The notes below the pieces were generated by a model, which was not told the origin of the DNA, made no database searches, and saw only the letters and a list, made by a program, of their open reading frames with translations. Positions 9,146 to 18,013 of a stretch of 64,000 bases of DNA are shown piece by piece. A program made the translations under genes and the position numbers. The DNA is from a virus (lineage: Duplodnaviria; Caudoviricetes), in the IMG/VR virus record IMGVR_UViG_3300033068_000963, positions 1-64,000 of that record. One strand, written 5' to 3'. Positions within the stretch are counted from its first letter, which is position 1, and each line of letters opens with the position of its first letter.

Positions 9146-9285
9146 CAGCCGATCCTCGCGCGGGCGACTTCGGCCAGGACTTGCGCCCAGGTCATCACGG
9201 TCCAGAGACCGGCGATCAGGACGGCGGCGGCGAAGGTGTCGTGGAGGCCGCGGCGCAGGGCGTAGGAGATCAGGCGGGAGGTCAT
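9145..9285 (-). CDS. Small single-TM protein (46 aa)
   Basis: FAAAVLIAGLWTVMTWAQV; coupled at both ends. Confidence 0.55.
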   Translation of the reverse strand: MTSRLISYALRRGLHDTFAAAVLIAGLWTVMTWAQVLAEVARARIG

Positions 9286-9515
9286 TTCAGACCCTCCGGC
9301 TTGGCGACCGCCGGGCCCCAGACGAAGGCGTCGAGAAGCTGCGGCCGGTCGACGCCGGGCACGAAAGCCATCATGGCCTCATCGCCCTCGCCGTTGTTGT
9401 CGTAGACCTGGACAACCTCCCAGTCGGGAGAGTTCCAGTCCTCGCCCTCCGGCTGGTCGGCGAGCCGCAGCTTTGCCCACCAGTGGCCCTCGCGGGCGGG
9501 AGTCGGGTAGGTCAT
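9282..9515 (-). CDS. Hypothetical protein
   Basis: EGHWWAK..WEVVQV; coupled. Confidence 0.65.
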   Translation of the reverse strand: MTYPTPAREGHWWAKLRLADQPEGEDWNSPDWEVVQVYDNNGEGDEAMMAFVPGVDRPQLLDAFVWGPAVAKPEGLK

Positions 9516-9703
9516 CAGGCGTCTCCATCCATGAGGGCTTTCAGGCCTTCCACGAAGGCCTCGAGTTGCGGCGTCGTCCGCGCCCAGCAGAGCTGATCGA
9601 AGGCGTAGCGGATCACCTCCTCCAGCATCTGGCCGGGCTGTCCGAAGGTGTCTTCGAGGGCGATCTTCGCGATGGCGCGGCCGGGATCGGAGGCGGCGCT
9701 CAT
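9515..9703 (-). CDS. Hypothetical protein
   Basis: Coupled ORF. Confidence 0.55.
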   Translation of the reverse strand: MSAASDPGRAIAKIALEDTFGQPGQMLEEVIRYAFDQLCWARTTPQLEAFVEGLKALMDGDA

Positions 9704-10005
9704 TGGCCGGTCGCCTTGGCGATGGCGGCGCGGGCTTTGTCGCCCCACGGGTTGCTCTCCTTGAAGTAGAAGCTGTAGGCGCCGATGATCTCGGTCAGGG
9801 CCGCCAGCAACTCGGGAGCGGCGGCGATCAGGAGGGCGTCGGCCTCCGACACGTCGATCCAGCGGTCCACCGAAAGGCCGTAGTCGCCGATGTCAGCTTG
9901 CGGGCTTGCGACATAGTCGCCGGTTCCCGAGCGCATCAGAGAAGTGGGCTGGTCCTTGCCGTCGAGCGCCCAGAACCACGGCGCCGGGGTGTGTTGAGCC
10001 GTCAT
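9700..10005 (-). CDS. Conserved phage protein (HTP.PW / LIAAAPELL family)
   Basis: HTPAPW and DA.LIAAAPELLAAL...ARAAIAKATG. Confidence 0.8.
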   Translation of the reverse strand: MTAQHTPAPWFWALDGKDQPTSLMRSGTGDYVASPQADIGDYGLSVDRWIDVSEADALLIAAAPELLAALTEIIGAYSFYFKESNPWGDKARAAIAKATGQ

Positions 10006-10406
10006 TGTCCGAGCCTCTGAAAATCGGGTTCAAGGGGATTGTCGCGGCGCCGGTCGTTCCCCTCTTCGGCGTCGGCCAGATCGTCCGCAGCGTCGGCCTC
10101 AGCCTTCGCGACCTCCTCAGCCGCCAGCCGCAGGATCATCGGTTCGAGGTCCCGCTTGAGATCGAGCAGGTGCAGCCGGATCACGTCGGCGATGGCGCTC
10201 TCCGGGTCGGCGTAGCGGGGAAGGCCTCGGCCCTTCGAGACGAAGGTCACGGCGTCCTCGTGCTGCTGGATGCAGGCGTCGAGGTCGTTGAGCGCGAAGA
10301 GGCGGATTTCCTCGGCCTTCGCGGCGATGGCGAGGCCGGTGGCGACCGGGACCGGCTTGGCGCCGTCGGTCAGTTCCCAGGGGTGGAAGGCGTTCATCCC
10401 GCTCAC
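10002..10406 (-). CDS. Hypothetical protein
   Basis: Coupled ORF. Confidence 0.6.
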   Translation of the reverse strand: MSGMNAFHPWELTDGAKPVPVATGLAIAAKAEEIRLFALNDLDACIQQHEDAVTFVSKGRGLPRYADPESAIADVIRLHLLDLKRDLEPMILRLAAEEVAKAEADAADDLADAEEGNDRRRDNPLEPDFQRLGQ

Positions 10407-10681
10407 TCCGCCGCCTGGAGGACGGGAGCCGCAGCGAGCCAGCCCTTAAGCGCGGCTTCCGCCCGAGCATGAAGGGCGCGCACCTCAGCCTTCTCGGACC
10501 AGATGTCCCCAAAGCCGTGGCGGGGATCAGTCGGGAAGGTGAGGTAGGACCCGGCGGCGCAGGAGGCCGTCTCGGCGTCGCAGCCGGTGGCCGTGGCGAT
10601 CTCGGCGGCGATCACGCCCTGGCGGCGGATCAGTGCGGCGACGGGGTGTTCGGGGGCGGCCTGGGTGGCGGAGAGGGACAT
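10403..10681 (-). CDS. Hypothetical protein, first gene of the PL operon
   Basis: GGAG RBS downstream of PL. Confidence 0.6.
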   Translation of the reverse strand: MSLSATQAAPEHPVAALIRRQGVIAAEIATATGCDAETASCAAGSYLTFPTDPRHGFGDIWSEKAEVRALHARAEAALKGWLAAAPVLQAAE

Positions 10682-10724
10682 CTGCGGTGGGCTCCATCGG
10701 TGCGGCGTGTTGCCGTGCTGATGG

Positions 10725-10790
10725 AGGAGACTATGCAAAATGCATCAAAGCCGGTCAAGTGCAAAACGCACTGAAAATGCATAGAGCACA
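10725..10790 (-). promoter_or_regulatory. PL/OL of phage 1
   Basis: TTGACC-17-CATAGT overlapping the palindrome ATGCAAAATGCAT; further TGCA half-sites. Confidence 0.7.
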
Positions 10791-10813
10791 TTTCCGCGCT
10801 ATACTCCGCCCAT

Positions 10814-10838
10814 GAAAAACCCCGCGCATGGCGGGGTG
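10814..10838 (-). terminator. Terminator of the cI operon
   Basis: accccgc..gcggggttttt on the minus strand. Confidence 0.7.
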
Positions 10839-10849
10839 AGGAGGTCGGA

Positions 10850-11128
10850 ATGTCGGGATGGGTCAGCGGTCGAGGAGTTCGTTACACAGAACTTCAAGGT
10901 CAGATGTCAGATGTCGATGCGTCGCCTATCGGAGCCGATCCCGACCCGCGAGGGCGCATCAGCGAGTCCCTCGACCTATTCGAGGCCATTCTCGCCGACA
11001 TGATCGCGAGCGGTCGTCGCCAAGATGAGATCGCCGTTCCTGAGGTGCTGCGGGCCGTCCCCCCGACCGCGCTTCTCGAAGACACCTTGGCGACGGTTCG
11101 TCGGCGCCGGGCCGAGGCGAGTATCTAG
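10850..11128 (+). CDS. Hypothetical protein in the immunity region (start uncertain)
   Basis: ORF convergent with the cI operon. Confidence 0.4.
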   Translation: MSGWVSGRGVRYTELQGQMSDVDASPIGADPDPRGRISESLDLFEAILADMIASGRRQDEIAVPEVLRAVPPTALLEDTLATVRRRRAEASI

Positions 11129-11490
11129 CGCCGCTCCTCATCGTCATTGTGGCGGCGCATTCGCTCCGCGAGGTCTGCGCTTGCTGGGCGACTGTTGTAG
11201 ATTTGGTCTATGCGCGCTTTCACCACGCGCAAGTCCGACAGGCCGTCATAGAGCCGGTCGCCTATCTCGCGGACGACATTTCCGACGCCCTTCATGTTCG
11301 GCATGGGTGCGTTCGCCAAGAGCCGGGCGGGGATTTCATTCAACCACGGCAGGGCATCGTTATCGCCGCCGCCAAGGTCTCGACTGGCGCCAAGCGTCTC
11401 GCAAATCGATCGCAGCGAGCGTTGCGTTCGCTCGACGCTATCGGCAAGCCGTTTGACCTCGGTAACCAGGCGCTCGAAGTCGTCATCCAT
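11125..11490 (-). CDS. Immunity-region accessory protein co-transcribed with cI
   Basis: 3 nt downstream of cI; GGAGG RBS. Confidence 0.6.
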   Translation of the reverse strand: MDDDFERLVTEVKRLADSVERTQRSLRSICETLGASRDLGGGDNDALPWLNEIPARLLANAPMPNMKGVGNVVREIGDRLYDGLSDLRVVKARIDQIYNSRPASADLAERMRRHNDDEERR

Positions 11491-11493
11491 GGG

Positions 11494-12183
11494 TCATAGC
11501 CTCCGCGCAAACCACACTGGCCGCCCCATGATGTGAACCTCGTTGGGGTCGAAGTCCTCCGGCCCGAACTCGGGATTGCTCGACGAGACGCGAAGCTTGG
11601 TCCGCCGCTCGACCCAGGCGACATTCTTCACGACGTAGCCGTCCTCATAGAGCAGGGCGAACGGGCCGGGCTGTGTGGGGCTCTTATCGCGGCGGTCGAT
11701 GATGAGTTGGTCGCCGTGGTGGAACATCGGCTCCATGCTGTTGCCGCGCACATTGATGACCAGGAGATCGGCGGGGTGGGCGCGTAGTTCGTCCTCCACC
11801 AGGCGCCGGGAAATCAGCGCGGTCTCGCGGTCGCCGTCACCCGTTCCCCCGCCGCCCATCCCGGCGAAGGTCGGGAGGATTTCCACGCTCACATACGCTT
11901 GCGCCGGGTCAACCTCGGGATGGTCGGGTGTGTTGCCGATGTGGGGCTCGCGCGAGCCAGCGCGGTCACCAGGAGCGGCGCCGCGCCCATAGATCAACCA
12001 CTCAGGCGAGGTCCGAAAAAACCGGGCGTAACGGTCTGCCTTTGTTGCGGGGAACCCCCGCGTGCCGTTTTCGTGTTGGGCGTAGGTCGCAGGCGCGACG
12101 CCTATCGCCTCCGCCGCAGAGGACGCGCTGGCATACCCCGCCGCCTCTCTGGCGCGCTTAAGCCTATCCGCAGGTGAGTCCAT
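11494..12183 (-). CDS. cI: CI-type repressor (XRE HTH + S24 peptidase)
   Basis: RLKRARE..YAQHENG HTH; VRGNSMEP and VVK catalytic motifs. Confidence 0.92.
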   Translation of the reverse strand: MDSPADRLKRAREAAGYASASSAAEAIGVAPATYAQHENGTRGFPATKADRYARFFRTSPEWLIYGRGAAPGDRAGSREPHIGNTPDHPEVDPAQAYVSVEILPTFAGMGGGGTGDGDRETALISRRLVEDELRAHPADLLVINVRGNSMEPMFHHGDQLIIDRRDKSPTQPGPFALLYEDGYVVKNVAWVERRTKLRVSSSNPEFGPEDFDPNEVHIMGRPVWFARRL

Positions 12184-12189
12184 CCTCCA

Positions 12190-12257
12190 TAGGTTATCTG
12201 CATTGCCTATGCGTTTGGCACTTGCCAGAACCGGATGCATTATGCACTACTCTGTGC
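12190..12257. promoter_or_regulatory. OR/PR/PRM of phage 1
   Basis: ATGCATTATGCAC matches OL; -10-like hexamers just before the cI and cro ATGs. Confidence 0.65.
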
Positions 12258-12473
12258 ATGGAGCATCACAGAGACATAATCCGACGCGCTGGCCCCGACG
12301 CTATTCGGCAAGTGACCGGCGTCAGCATCTACACGGTGCGGTCTTGGATTCACCGCGACAGCATCCCCGGCGGGCACTGGAAAGCGATTGCCGAGGCTGG
12401 CTATGCGAGCCTCGATGAGTTGGCGACCGCTGCGGCGTCCGACCGTGACACGTCCCAGGACGCCGCCGCGTGA
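12258..12473 (+). CDS. cro: Cro-like repressor
   Basis: GVSIYTVRSW..RDSIP; divergent from cI. Confidence 0.8.
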   Translation: MEHHRDIIRRAGPDAIRQVTGVSIYTVRSWIHRDSIPGGHWKAIAEAGYASLDELATAAASDRDTSQDAAA

Positions 12474-13240
12474 CCGCCCTGGCCGTTGTCGCGCCTCACG
12501 ACACGTCGTCGCTGGCCCCGATCATTCGCCGCGCCGCCGACCAACTCGCCAGCGCCACAAGCGCGGCTGAAGTTCTGGACGCCCGCGACCTCGCCCGCAC
12601 CGCTTACGACGCAGCAAAGTCTGCGGCCCGGTTCGCCCGCGCCAAATCCGCCCATGACGACGTTATCGCTGCGGTCTACCGCGCCCAGGCCGACGCCCTT
12701 GAAATCGAGGCAATGGCAAAGCGTCGTCTGGCCGACGAGTACGACGCCGCCCAGGAGCGGGGGGAGGTCGCAACTCGCGCGGATCAAAACCTTCTTCCAG
12801 CCGAGAAGAAGGTTTCGGTCTCCGACCTTGGCCTGACCCACAAGGACATCCACGAGGCCCGCCAAATCCGCGACGCCGAGACCGCAGAGCCCGGCGTGAT
12901 CCGTCGCGCCATTGACGAACGCCTTGACGCTGGGCGCGAGCCCACCAAGGCCGCGCTGCGCGAGGTTGTCATTGACGCCGCCATGCGCGGGCTTCGCACC
13001 GGAGGCCGCGAGACGGCACCCAGCCGCAGGAACCCCGACTATCAGCCAAACCCCACGCGCGACGCGATGGCGCGCATCTCCGACTGCGCGAAGCAGATCG
13101 TCACCAATACGAAGACAGCGGGCCGCACGGCCATCCTGGCGAGCTTCTACTCGCCCGATGAGCGGGACCTTTTCCTCGAAAACATTGCGGCGGCCATCGC
13201 CACCCTCGGGACCTTCATGGAGCAAACCGATGCTGAATAA
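12470..13240 (+). CDS. Hypothetical phage protein
   Basis: KRRLADEYDAAQERGEVA..LGLTHKDIHEAR. Confidence 0.75.
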   Translation: MTALAVVAPHDTSSLAPIIRRAADQLASATSAAEVLDARDLARTAYDAAKSAARFARAKSAHDDVIAAVYRAQADALEIEAMAKRRLADEYDAAQERGEVATRADQNLLPAEKKVSVSDLGLTHKDIHEARQIRDAETAEPGVIRRAIDERLDAGREPTKAALREVVIDAAMRGLRTGGRETAPSRRNPDYQPNPTRDAMARISDCAKQIVTNTKTAGRTAILASFYSPDERDLFLENIAAAIATLGTFMEQTDAE

Positions 13241-13688
13241 GCGCGTCCCCGATCTCTCAGACGCCGTGTGGGATGCCGTCGCCAAGGTGGGGATGAACCC
13301 CGCCAAGGTCGCCGACCGCATCATCAAGGACGTGTTTCCCCGAACCTTGGCCGAAGCCATGATCGAGGGTGCCGACCGGATGTTGCGCGTCGGGCTCATT
13401 GACGCCGTGAAGCCCATGCTGCGCGGCGGGGCTGTGTCCCACGCCCAAGGCGATTTCTCTGAGATCGACTCCGCGTTTGAACCCCTGGTCGCTGAGCTTA
13501 AGAGCGCCGCGTATTTCGTGGAGGCCCTTGGCGAGCAAGTGCCGGTGGCACGCCTGATCGCCGAGCCGGACCTCCTGGACGATGCCCGCAAGTTTATGCG
13601 TCGCAAGGGTGACGAGTGCATCGCTGAGGCTCTGCGGCTGGACCTCCTGCACAACGCCGTTGTTCGCGAAGCCGCCCGTACCGCGTGA
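13230..13688 (+). CDS. Hypothetical protein
   Basis: GGAG RBS; overlaps the upstream gene. Confidence 0.7.
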   Translation: MLNKRVPDLSDAVWDAVAKVGMNPAKVADRIIKDVFPRTLAEAMIEGADRMLRVGLIDAVKPMLRGGAVSHAQGDFSEIDSAFEPLVAELKSAAYFVEALGEQVPVARLIAEPDLLDDARKFMRRKGDECIAEALRLDLLHNAVVREAARTA

Positions 13689-13832
13689 CCTGAGACCATG
13701 TCGGGGGGCTCCATCACCATTTCAGACACGTCAGCGGGGCCTCCCCCCGGACCGCTGACACGTGCGCGGGGCCGAGGTCTGATGACTTCGGCCCTTGCTG
13801 CGCTTCGATCCCTGCCTGATGCCCTCTCCAGG

Positions 13833-14057
13833 TCATGGCGCGGTAGAGCGGGGCCGGGTGCGTATCTCCCGGTCCCGTTCGAGAATTTCGTCGGCCAGGG
13901 CTGCAACCCGAGCCGCATGTCTATCCGCCGCCGCCGTGAAGTTCACACGGCCATGGGGGCGTTCTCTCGCCAGTTCTCGGTACGCCCCAGCCAGAGCCGC
14001 CGCGCTGATGATCGCCAAGATCAGTCCGTCGTCTACGTCGTCCCAAGCCTCCTGCAC
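13833..14057 (-). CDS. Small antisense protein, homologous to 53927-54142
   Basis: AGGGAG RBS; 17/45 ungapped identity to the phage 2 counterpart. Confidence 0.7.
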   Translation of the reverse strand: MQEAWDDVDDGLILAIISAAALAGAYRELARERPHGRVNFTAAADRHAARVAALADEILERDREIRTRPRSTAP

Positions 14058-14098
14058 TCGCTCGGCTCCCTGCCGCTGCCTGCCTCACGGTTCAAACC

Positions 14099-14524
14099 AT
14101 GAGGGCGCAGATGGCCGGGTCCTATGACCAAAAGAGCAACCTTCCCGGCAGGGGCGAGCGTGTCGCCGCCTTCGTCGAGGACTACCTGAAACACCACGGG
14201 GGTCTGTCGATCTCCGAACTCGCGTTCCGCCTGCGGGCCGACAAGCGAGACCTTCAACGCCTCCTCAGAGACCGCAGCGTCGGACACGCCCTGGAGGACG
14301 CCTGCGCGGCCTACTTCGGGCCGATCTTCGGTGATGCGGTCTGGGGCGACCTCTGGGGCTCTGGCCCGTCGAAAAGGGAGCGAGAGCTTGAACGCGAAAA
14401 AGCCGAACTCGCCGCCCGCCGTGAACGCCTGGAGCGCCTGCGTGCGGACGATCGCCAAGCCGCTTCTGTGGCTCGCGCTGGGCGCCGGATGGGCGCTGTC
14501 GAGCATCGGAGCGCCGATGTTTAG
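14099..14524 (+). CDS. CII-like HTH regulator
   Basis: LSISELAFRLRADKRDLQRLL; position in the operon. Confidence 0.55.
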   Translation: MRAQMAGSYDQKSNLPGRGERVAAFVEDYLKHHGGLSISELAFRLRADKRDLQRLLRDRSVGHALEDACAAYFGPIFGDAVWGDLWGSGPSKRERELEREKAELAARRERLERLRADDRQAASVARAGRRMGAVEHRSADV

Positions 14525-14631
14525 CGCCGGCATGAACCTCGAGACTTGGGCGCGGAAGAAGCTGCGCGCCCTCAAGAAATAGACCCCCAAGACCGCCGGG
14601 GGTCCGGGGCGGTCGAGCGACGGAGGTGGGC

Positions 14632-15333
14632 ATGGCCCGCGCCAAGAAGAACCCCGGCCCCGGCCACAATTCCGGTGAGCCCCTGACCGAAGACGAGATC
14701 GCCGCCCTGGAGGCGCTGTTCTCCCAGAAGATCCGCGCCGCCGAGAAGGAATTCCTCGAAGCCAAGGCGGTCGCCGACGGCAAGCGGCAGGTCATCAACG
14801 ACAACTTCGCCCTGGTGAAGGCCGAACTGCGGACCAGCCGCAAGGACTTCGAGGCCTTCATGGCCAAGCAGGACTTGAGCGAGGCCGAGTTCGCCGCCGA
14901 GTTCGAGAAGGAGATGGCCCGCTACCGTCGCCACGGGATGCCGGTCGGCGCCCAGCAGGACATGTTCGCCGCCGACACGGTGGACGATCAGGTCATTGCA
15001 CGGGCCGATGGCAAGCGCGCCGGCCTCCGCGGCGCCGACCCGACCCCGCCGACCTACATCTCCGGCGTGATGGTTCAGGACTGGATGGAGGGCTACCACG
15101 CCGGCCAGTCCGAGCTCTGCATGCGCCTGGACAAGGGCGGGGCGCTTCTCGCTGCGCGCCAGGCCGCCGCCAAGGCCGCGCAGAACGCGGGCAAGCTGCA
15201 GGCCGGTGAAGACCCCGACGAAGAAGAGGCCGATCCCGACGAGGAGATCGACGACGCCGCGAAGGCGCTGAAGAAGGCCGGATGGGCCGAGCCGACTCCG
15301 GAAGAGAAGTCCTTCGAGACGGCGGACGCGTGA
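14632..15333 (+). CDS. Protein with weak GapR-like N-terminus and RMF-like motif
   Basis: GHNSG then helical region; A..DG.RAGL.G...P.Y......WMEGY. Confidence 0.5.
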   Translation: MARAKKNPGPGHNSGEPLTEDEIAALEALFSQKIRAAEKEFLEAKAVADGKRQVINDNFALVKAELRTSRKDFEAFMAKQDLSEAEFAAEFEKEMARYRRHGMPVGAQQDMFAADTVDDQVIARADGKRAGLRGADPTPPTYISGVMVQDWMEGYHAGQSELCMRLDKGGALLAARQAAAKAAQNAGKLQAGEDPDEEEADPDEEIDDAAKALKKAGWAEPTPEEKSFETADA

Positions 15334-15869
15334 TGGAGGTGCTCGCCTTCAGTCTTAACGGCGAGCCCCGTGGGAAAGGGCGACCGCGCGTGGATACGCG
15401 CGGCGCCTTCCCGCGCATCCACACCGACCAAAAGACCATCGACTACGAGCGGAGCATCTCGGAGCTTTCGCGCAAGATCATGGCGGGGCGCCCGCCGATA
15501 ATCGGCGCCACGTCAGTCTCCCTTCGCTTCCGCCTGCCAATCCCGAAATCCATCAGCAAGACCCGCCGCGCGGCGATGCTGGCCGGCGAGATCGCGCCGA
15601 CCTCGAAGCCAGACCTCGACAACGCCACCAAGGCTTGTCTGGACGGAATGGCGGTCGACGCCGTGATGCGGCGGAAGCTGCTCAAGCTGCGCCGGGCTGG
15701 CGTTGCAGTCGACGTCAACCAAGCCCGCATCGTGTTCTTGGACGACGCCCAGATCGTCCGCCTCTTCGTCACCAAAATCTATGCCGAGCAGCCGGGCGTC
15801 GATGTCCGGATCGAAGCCTTGGATGTCCAGCCGCCCTTCCCAACCCCCACCTCACGGAGCGCCGCATGA
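15333..15869 (+). CDS. rusA: RusA Holliday junction resolvase
   Basis: P.GKGRPR, KPDLDN..K..LD and DDAQIV. Confidence 0.9.
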   Translation: MEVLAFSLNGEPRGKGRPRVDTRGAFPRIHTDQKTIDYERSISELSRKIMAGRPPIIGATSVSLRFRLPIPKSISKTRRAAMLAGEIAPTSKPDLDNATKACLDGMAVDAVMRRKLLKLRRAGVAVDVNQARIVFLDDAQIVRLFVTKIYAEQPGVDVRIEALDVQPPFPTPTSRSAA

Positions 15870-16597
15870 GCGCCTTGACCCTGCAGAACGCCCCCTGGAC
15901 CCCCGCGCATGAAACCGTGCTGCGATCCCTCTGGGCCGACCCATCGAAGTCCGCCGAAGACGTCGCCGAGACGATGCAGCGGTCCTGGCAGTCGTGCCGG
16001 GTCAAGGCGGGGTTCATGGAGCTGGGCCGCCGCCCGACCGGCGTGCCGACTGCCAAGAATGCTTTCTGGACCCCGGAGCGGGTCGCGGTCCTGAAGGACG
16101 GGATCGCCGCCGGCCGCTTCATGTCGGTTCTCGCCCGCGAGCTGGGCTGCACGAGGAACGCCTGCATCGGCAAGGCGACGAGGATGGGCTTCACCCAGCC
16201 CGCCGCCGCGTCCCCGCCGATGCGCCTGGCGAAGGCCGCGACGCCTACGGTACGGCTGGGGTCATCCACCCGCAACGCCCCGCCCAAGGCTCGCCTGACC
16301 GTCGTCGGGAACAACACCGTCATCGAGCACCCCCAGCGCCCGCCCTTGGTCCTGACCCGCGCGGATGTCTGGAGGCCGCTGCCCGACAGCAAGCCCCGCC
16401 CGTTCGAGACGCGGCGCTTGAGCGACTGCAACTGGCCCGTCGAGGTCGAGGGCGAGATCGAGGGGACGATGCGCTGCTGCCTCCCGGTGGAGCATGGCGG
16501 GTACTGCTCGACCCATCGGGCCATCGCCCGGGCGCCCCGCCAGCCGCGCGACGCCAAGCCGGGGCAACTCGCCCGGAGCCTGCGCCGCTATGCGTGA
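15866..16597 (+). CDS. GcrA-family regulator
   Basis: WTPERV..L....LG.TRNA.IGKA.RMG HTH (two WT.. repeats) plus CNWP..CC...YC..H. Confidence 0.85.
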   Translation: MSALTLQNAPWTPAHETVLRSLWADPSKSAEDVAETMQRSWQSCRVKAGFMELGRRPTGVPTAKNAFWTPERVAVLKDGIAAGRFMSVLARELGCTRNACIGKATRMGFTQPAAASPPMRLAKAATPTVRLGSSTRNAPPKARLTVVGNNTVIEHPQRPPLVLTRADVWRPLPDSKPRPFETRRLSDCNWPVEVEGEIEGTMRCCLPVEHGGYCSTHRAIARAPRQPRDAKPGQLARSLRRYA

Positions 16598-17687
16598 GGA
16601 CCATACGCTAGAGGCCGGGGCCTGCGCCGAGGAAATCCTCAAGTTCGCCCTGGCTCGCCTGACAACGGAGCGCGAGGAGCAGGCCGGATGGGTGCTCGAC
16701 CTGACCGACCAGCTTCAGACCGCCCGCCTCCTGCTGGCCGAGGCCGAGGTCGCGGAGGAGGCGATCAAGAAGCTGCTGGCTGGTGACCTCTACGCGAAGA
16801 ACGATGCGATCCTGGGCGCGGCCGAAGGTGCCGAGGAAGTCGCCGCTCCTGCCCCCGTCGCTGAGCCGGTCGACGTCATTGAATGGGCCGACGTTCGCTG
16901 GCCCTGGACCGACGCCCACTGGCGCTTCGTCTACGAGATGCGCTGGCCTGTGGTGGTGGAGGCCAAGCCGACCGTCGCTGTCACGCCGGAGCCGGCCGCG
17001 CCCGCCGCGCCGACCTCCCGCGTCGCATCACCGGCGCCCGCCGACCGACCCATCGCGCACAGCCAGGACGACGCCGTGCTGGCGACCCTGCGGCGCCTGA
17101 TTGGCGACAAGGGCGAGGTCACGATCTCGCTGAGCGCCCTGGCCGCCGAGGCTGACGTTCCGAAGGGCAGCGTCACCTTCATCGCCGGGCGTCTTCGCGA
17201 TGCTGGTTTGGTGGAGATCATCGTGGCCGAGCGCATCTTCGGTCGCAAGCCGCCGAACACCTACCGCCTGAGCGGGCCCGCGCAGCCCCATCCCCCTGAG
17301 CCCGCACCCCGAAAGGCCGCGGAGACTTGGGTCGCCAACGTCCCGGCCGCCGTCGTCGAGCGCGTCCGCCCGCCTGAGCCCGAGGCGCCCGTCGCAGCGC
17401 CTGAGCCTCGCGAGATTGACCTTTCCGCACTCGCCATCGCCTCCGACAGTCCGCCCGGCTTCGGGCCCTGCACCCTCATGAACCTGCGCCGCGATCAGTG
17501 CCATTGGCCGACCGGCGACGCGCGGCCGCAACTCTACTGCGGGGCCGTCGCGAACCCCGGCGAGGAATACTGCCGCGCCCACCGCGACAGCATGTTCGCC
17601 AGGACCGCCCGCCGCGCTCCCCAACCGACAGACCCCCGCGCCGTCGACGCGCGCCTTGAAGCTTCACGCCAGCGGAGGTCGATTTGA
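16590..17687 (+). CDS. Multidomain protein with wHTH and GcrA C-terminal domain
   Basis: LMNL....CHWPTGD....YCG......YC..H. Confidence 0.75.
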   Translation: MREDHTLEAGACAEEILKFALARLTTEREEQAGWVLDLTDQLQTARLLLAEAEVAEEAIKKLLAGDLYAKNDAILGAAEGAEEVAAPAPVAEPVDVIEWADVRWPWTDAHWRFVYEMRWPVVVEAKPTVAVTPEPAAPAAPTSRVASPAPADRPIAHSQDDAVLATLRRLIGDKGEVTISLSALAAEADVPKGSVTFIAGRLRDAGLVEIIVAERIFGRKPPNTYRLSGPAQPHPPEPAPRKAAETWVANVPAAVVERVRPPEPEAPVAAPEPREIDLSALAIASDSPPGFGPCTLMNLRRDQCHWPTGDARPQLYCGAVANPGEEYCRAHRDSMFARTARRAPQPTDPRAVDARLEASRQRRSI

Positions 17688-18013
17688 CCCGCCCCATCAT
17701 CACCCACACGAAGCTTCGCGGCCCCTCCGGCGAAGCCACCCGCTACCGTCGTCGCGCGGCCAATGAATCCGCCCTGCGCTTCATGCGCGCCTTCCACACC
17801 GAGTGCGGAGACAAGCACCCGGAGTTCGTCATCGCAGCCGCCCGCATGACCATTCGGGCGTTGGCGATGGTGGTGGAAGACAAGGGCGACGCTGGCCGCG
17901 CCCTGGGGGTGCTGAACGGGGCGGGGATTGATCTGGTCCCGGCGTACCGGGATGGGCGCCAAGGGGTGCTGGCGGAGGCTGAGGCGGTGTTCTCGGCGGG
18001 AGGGGCGGAATGA
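17684..18013 (+). CDS. Hypothetical protein
   Basis: Coupled ORF; GGAGG RBS. Confidence 0.6.
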   Translation: MTRPIITHTKLRGPSGEATRYRRRAANESALRFMRAFHTECGDKHPEFVIAAARMTIRALAMVVEDKGDAGRALGVLNGAGIDLVPAYRDGRQGVLAEAEAVFSAGGAE

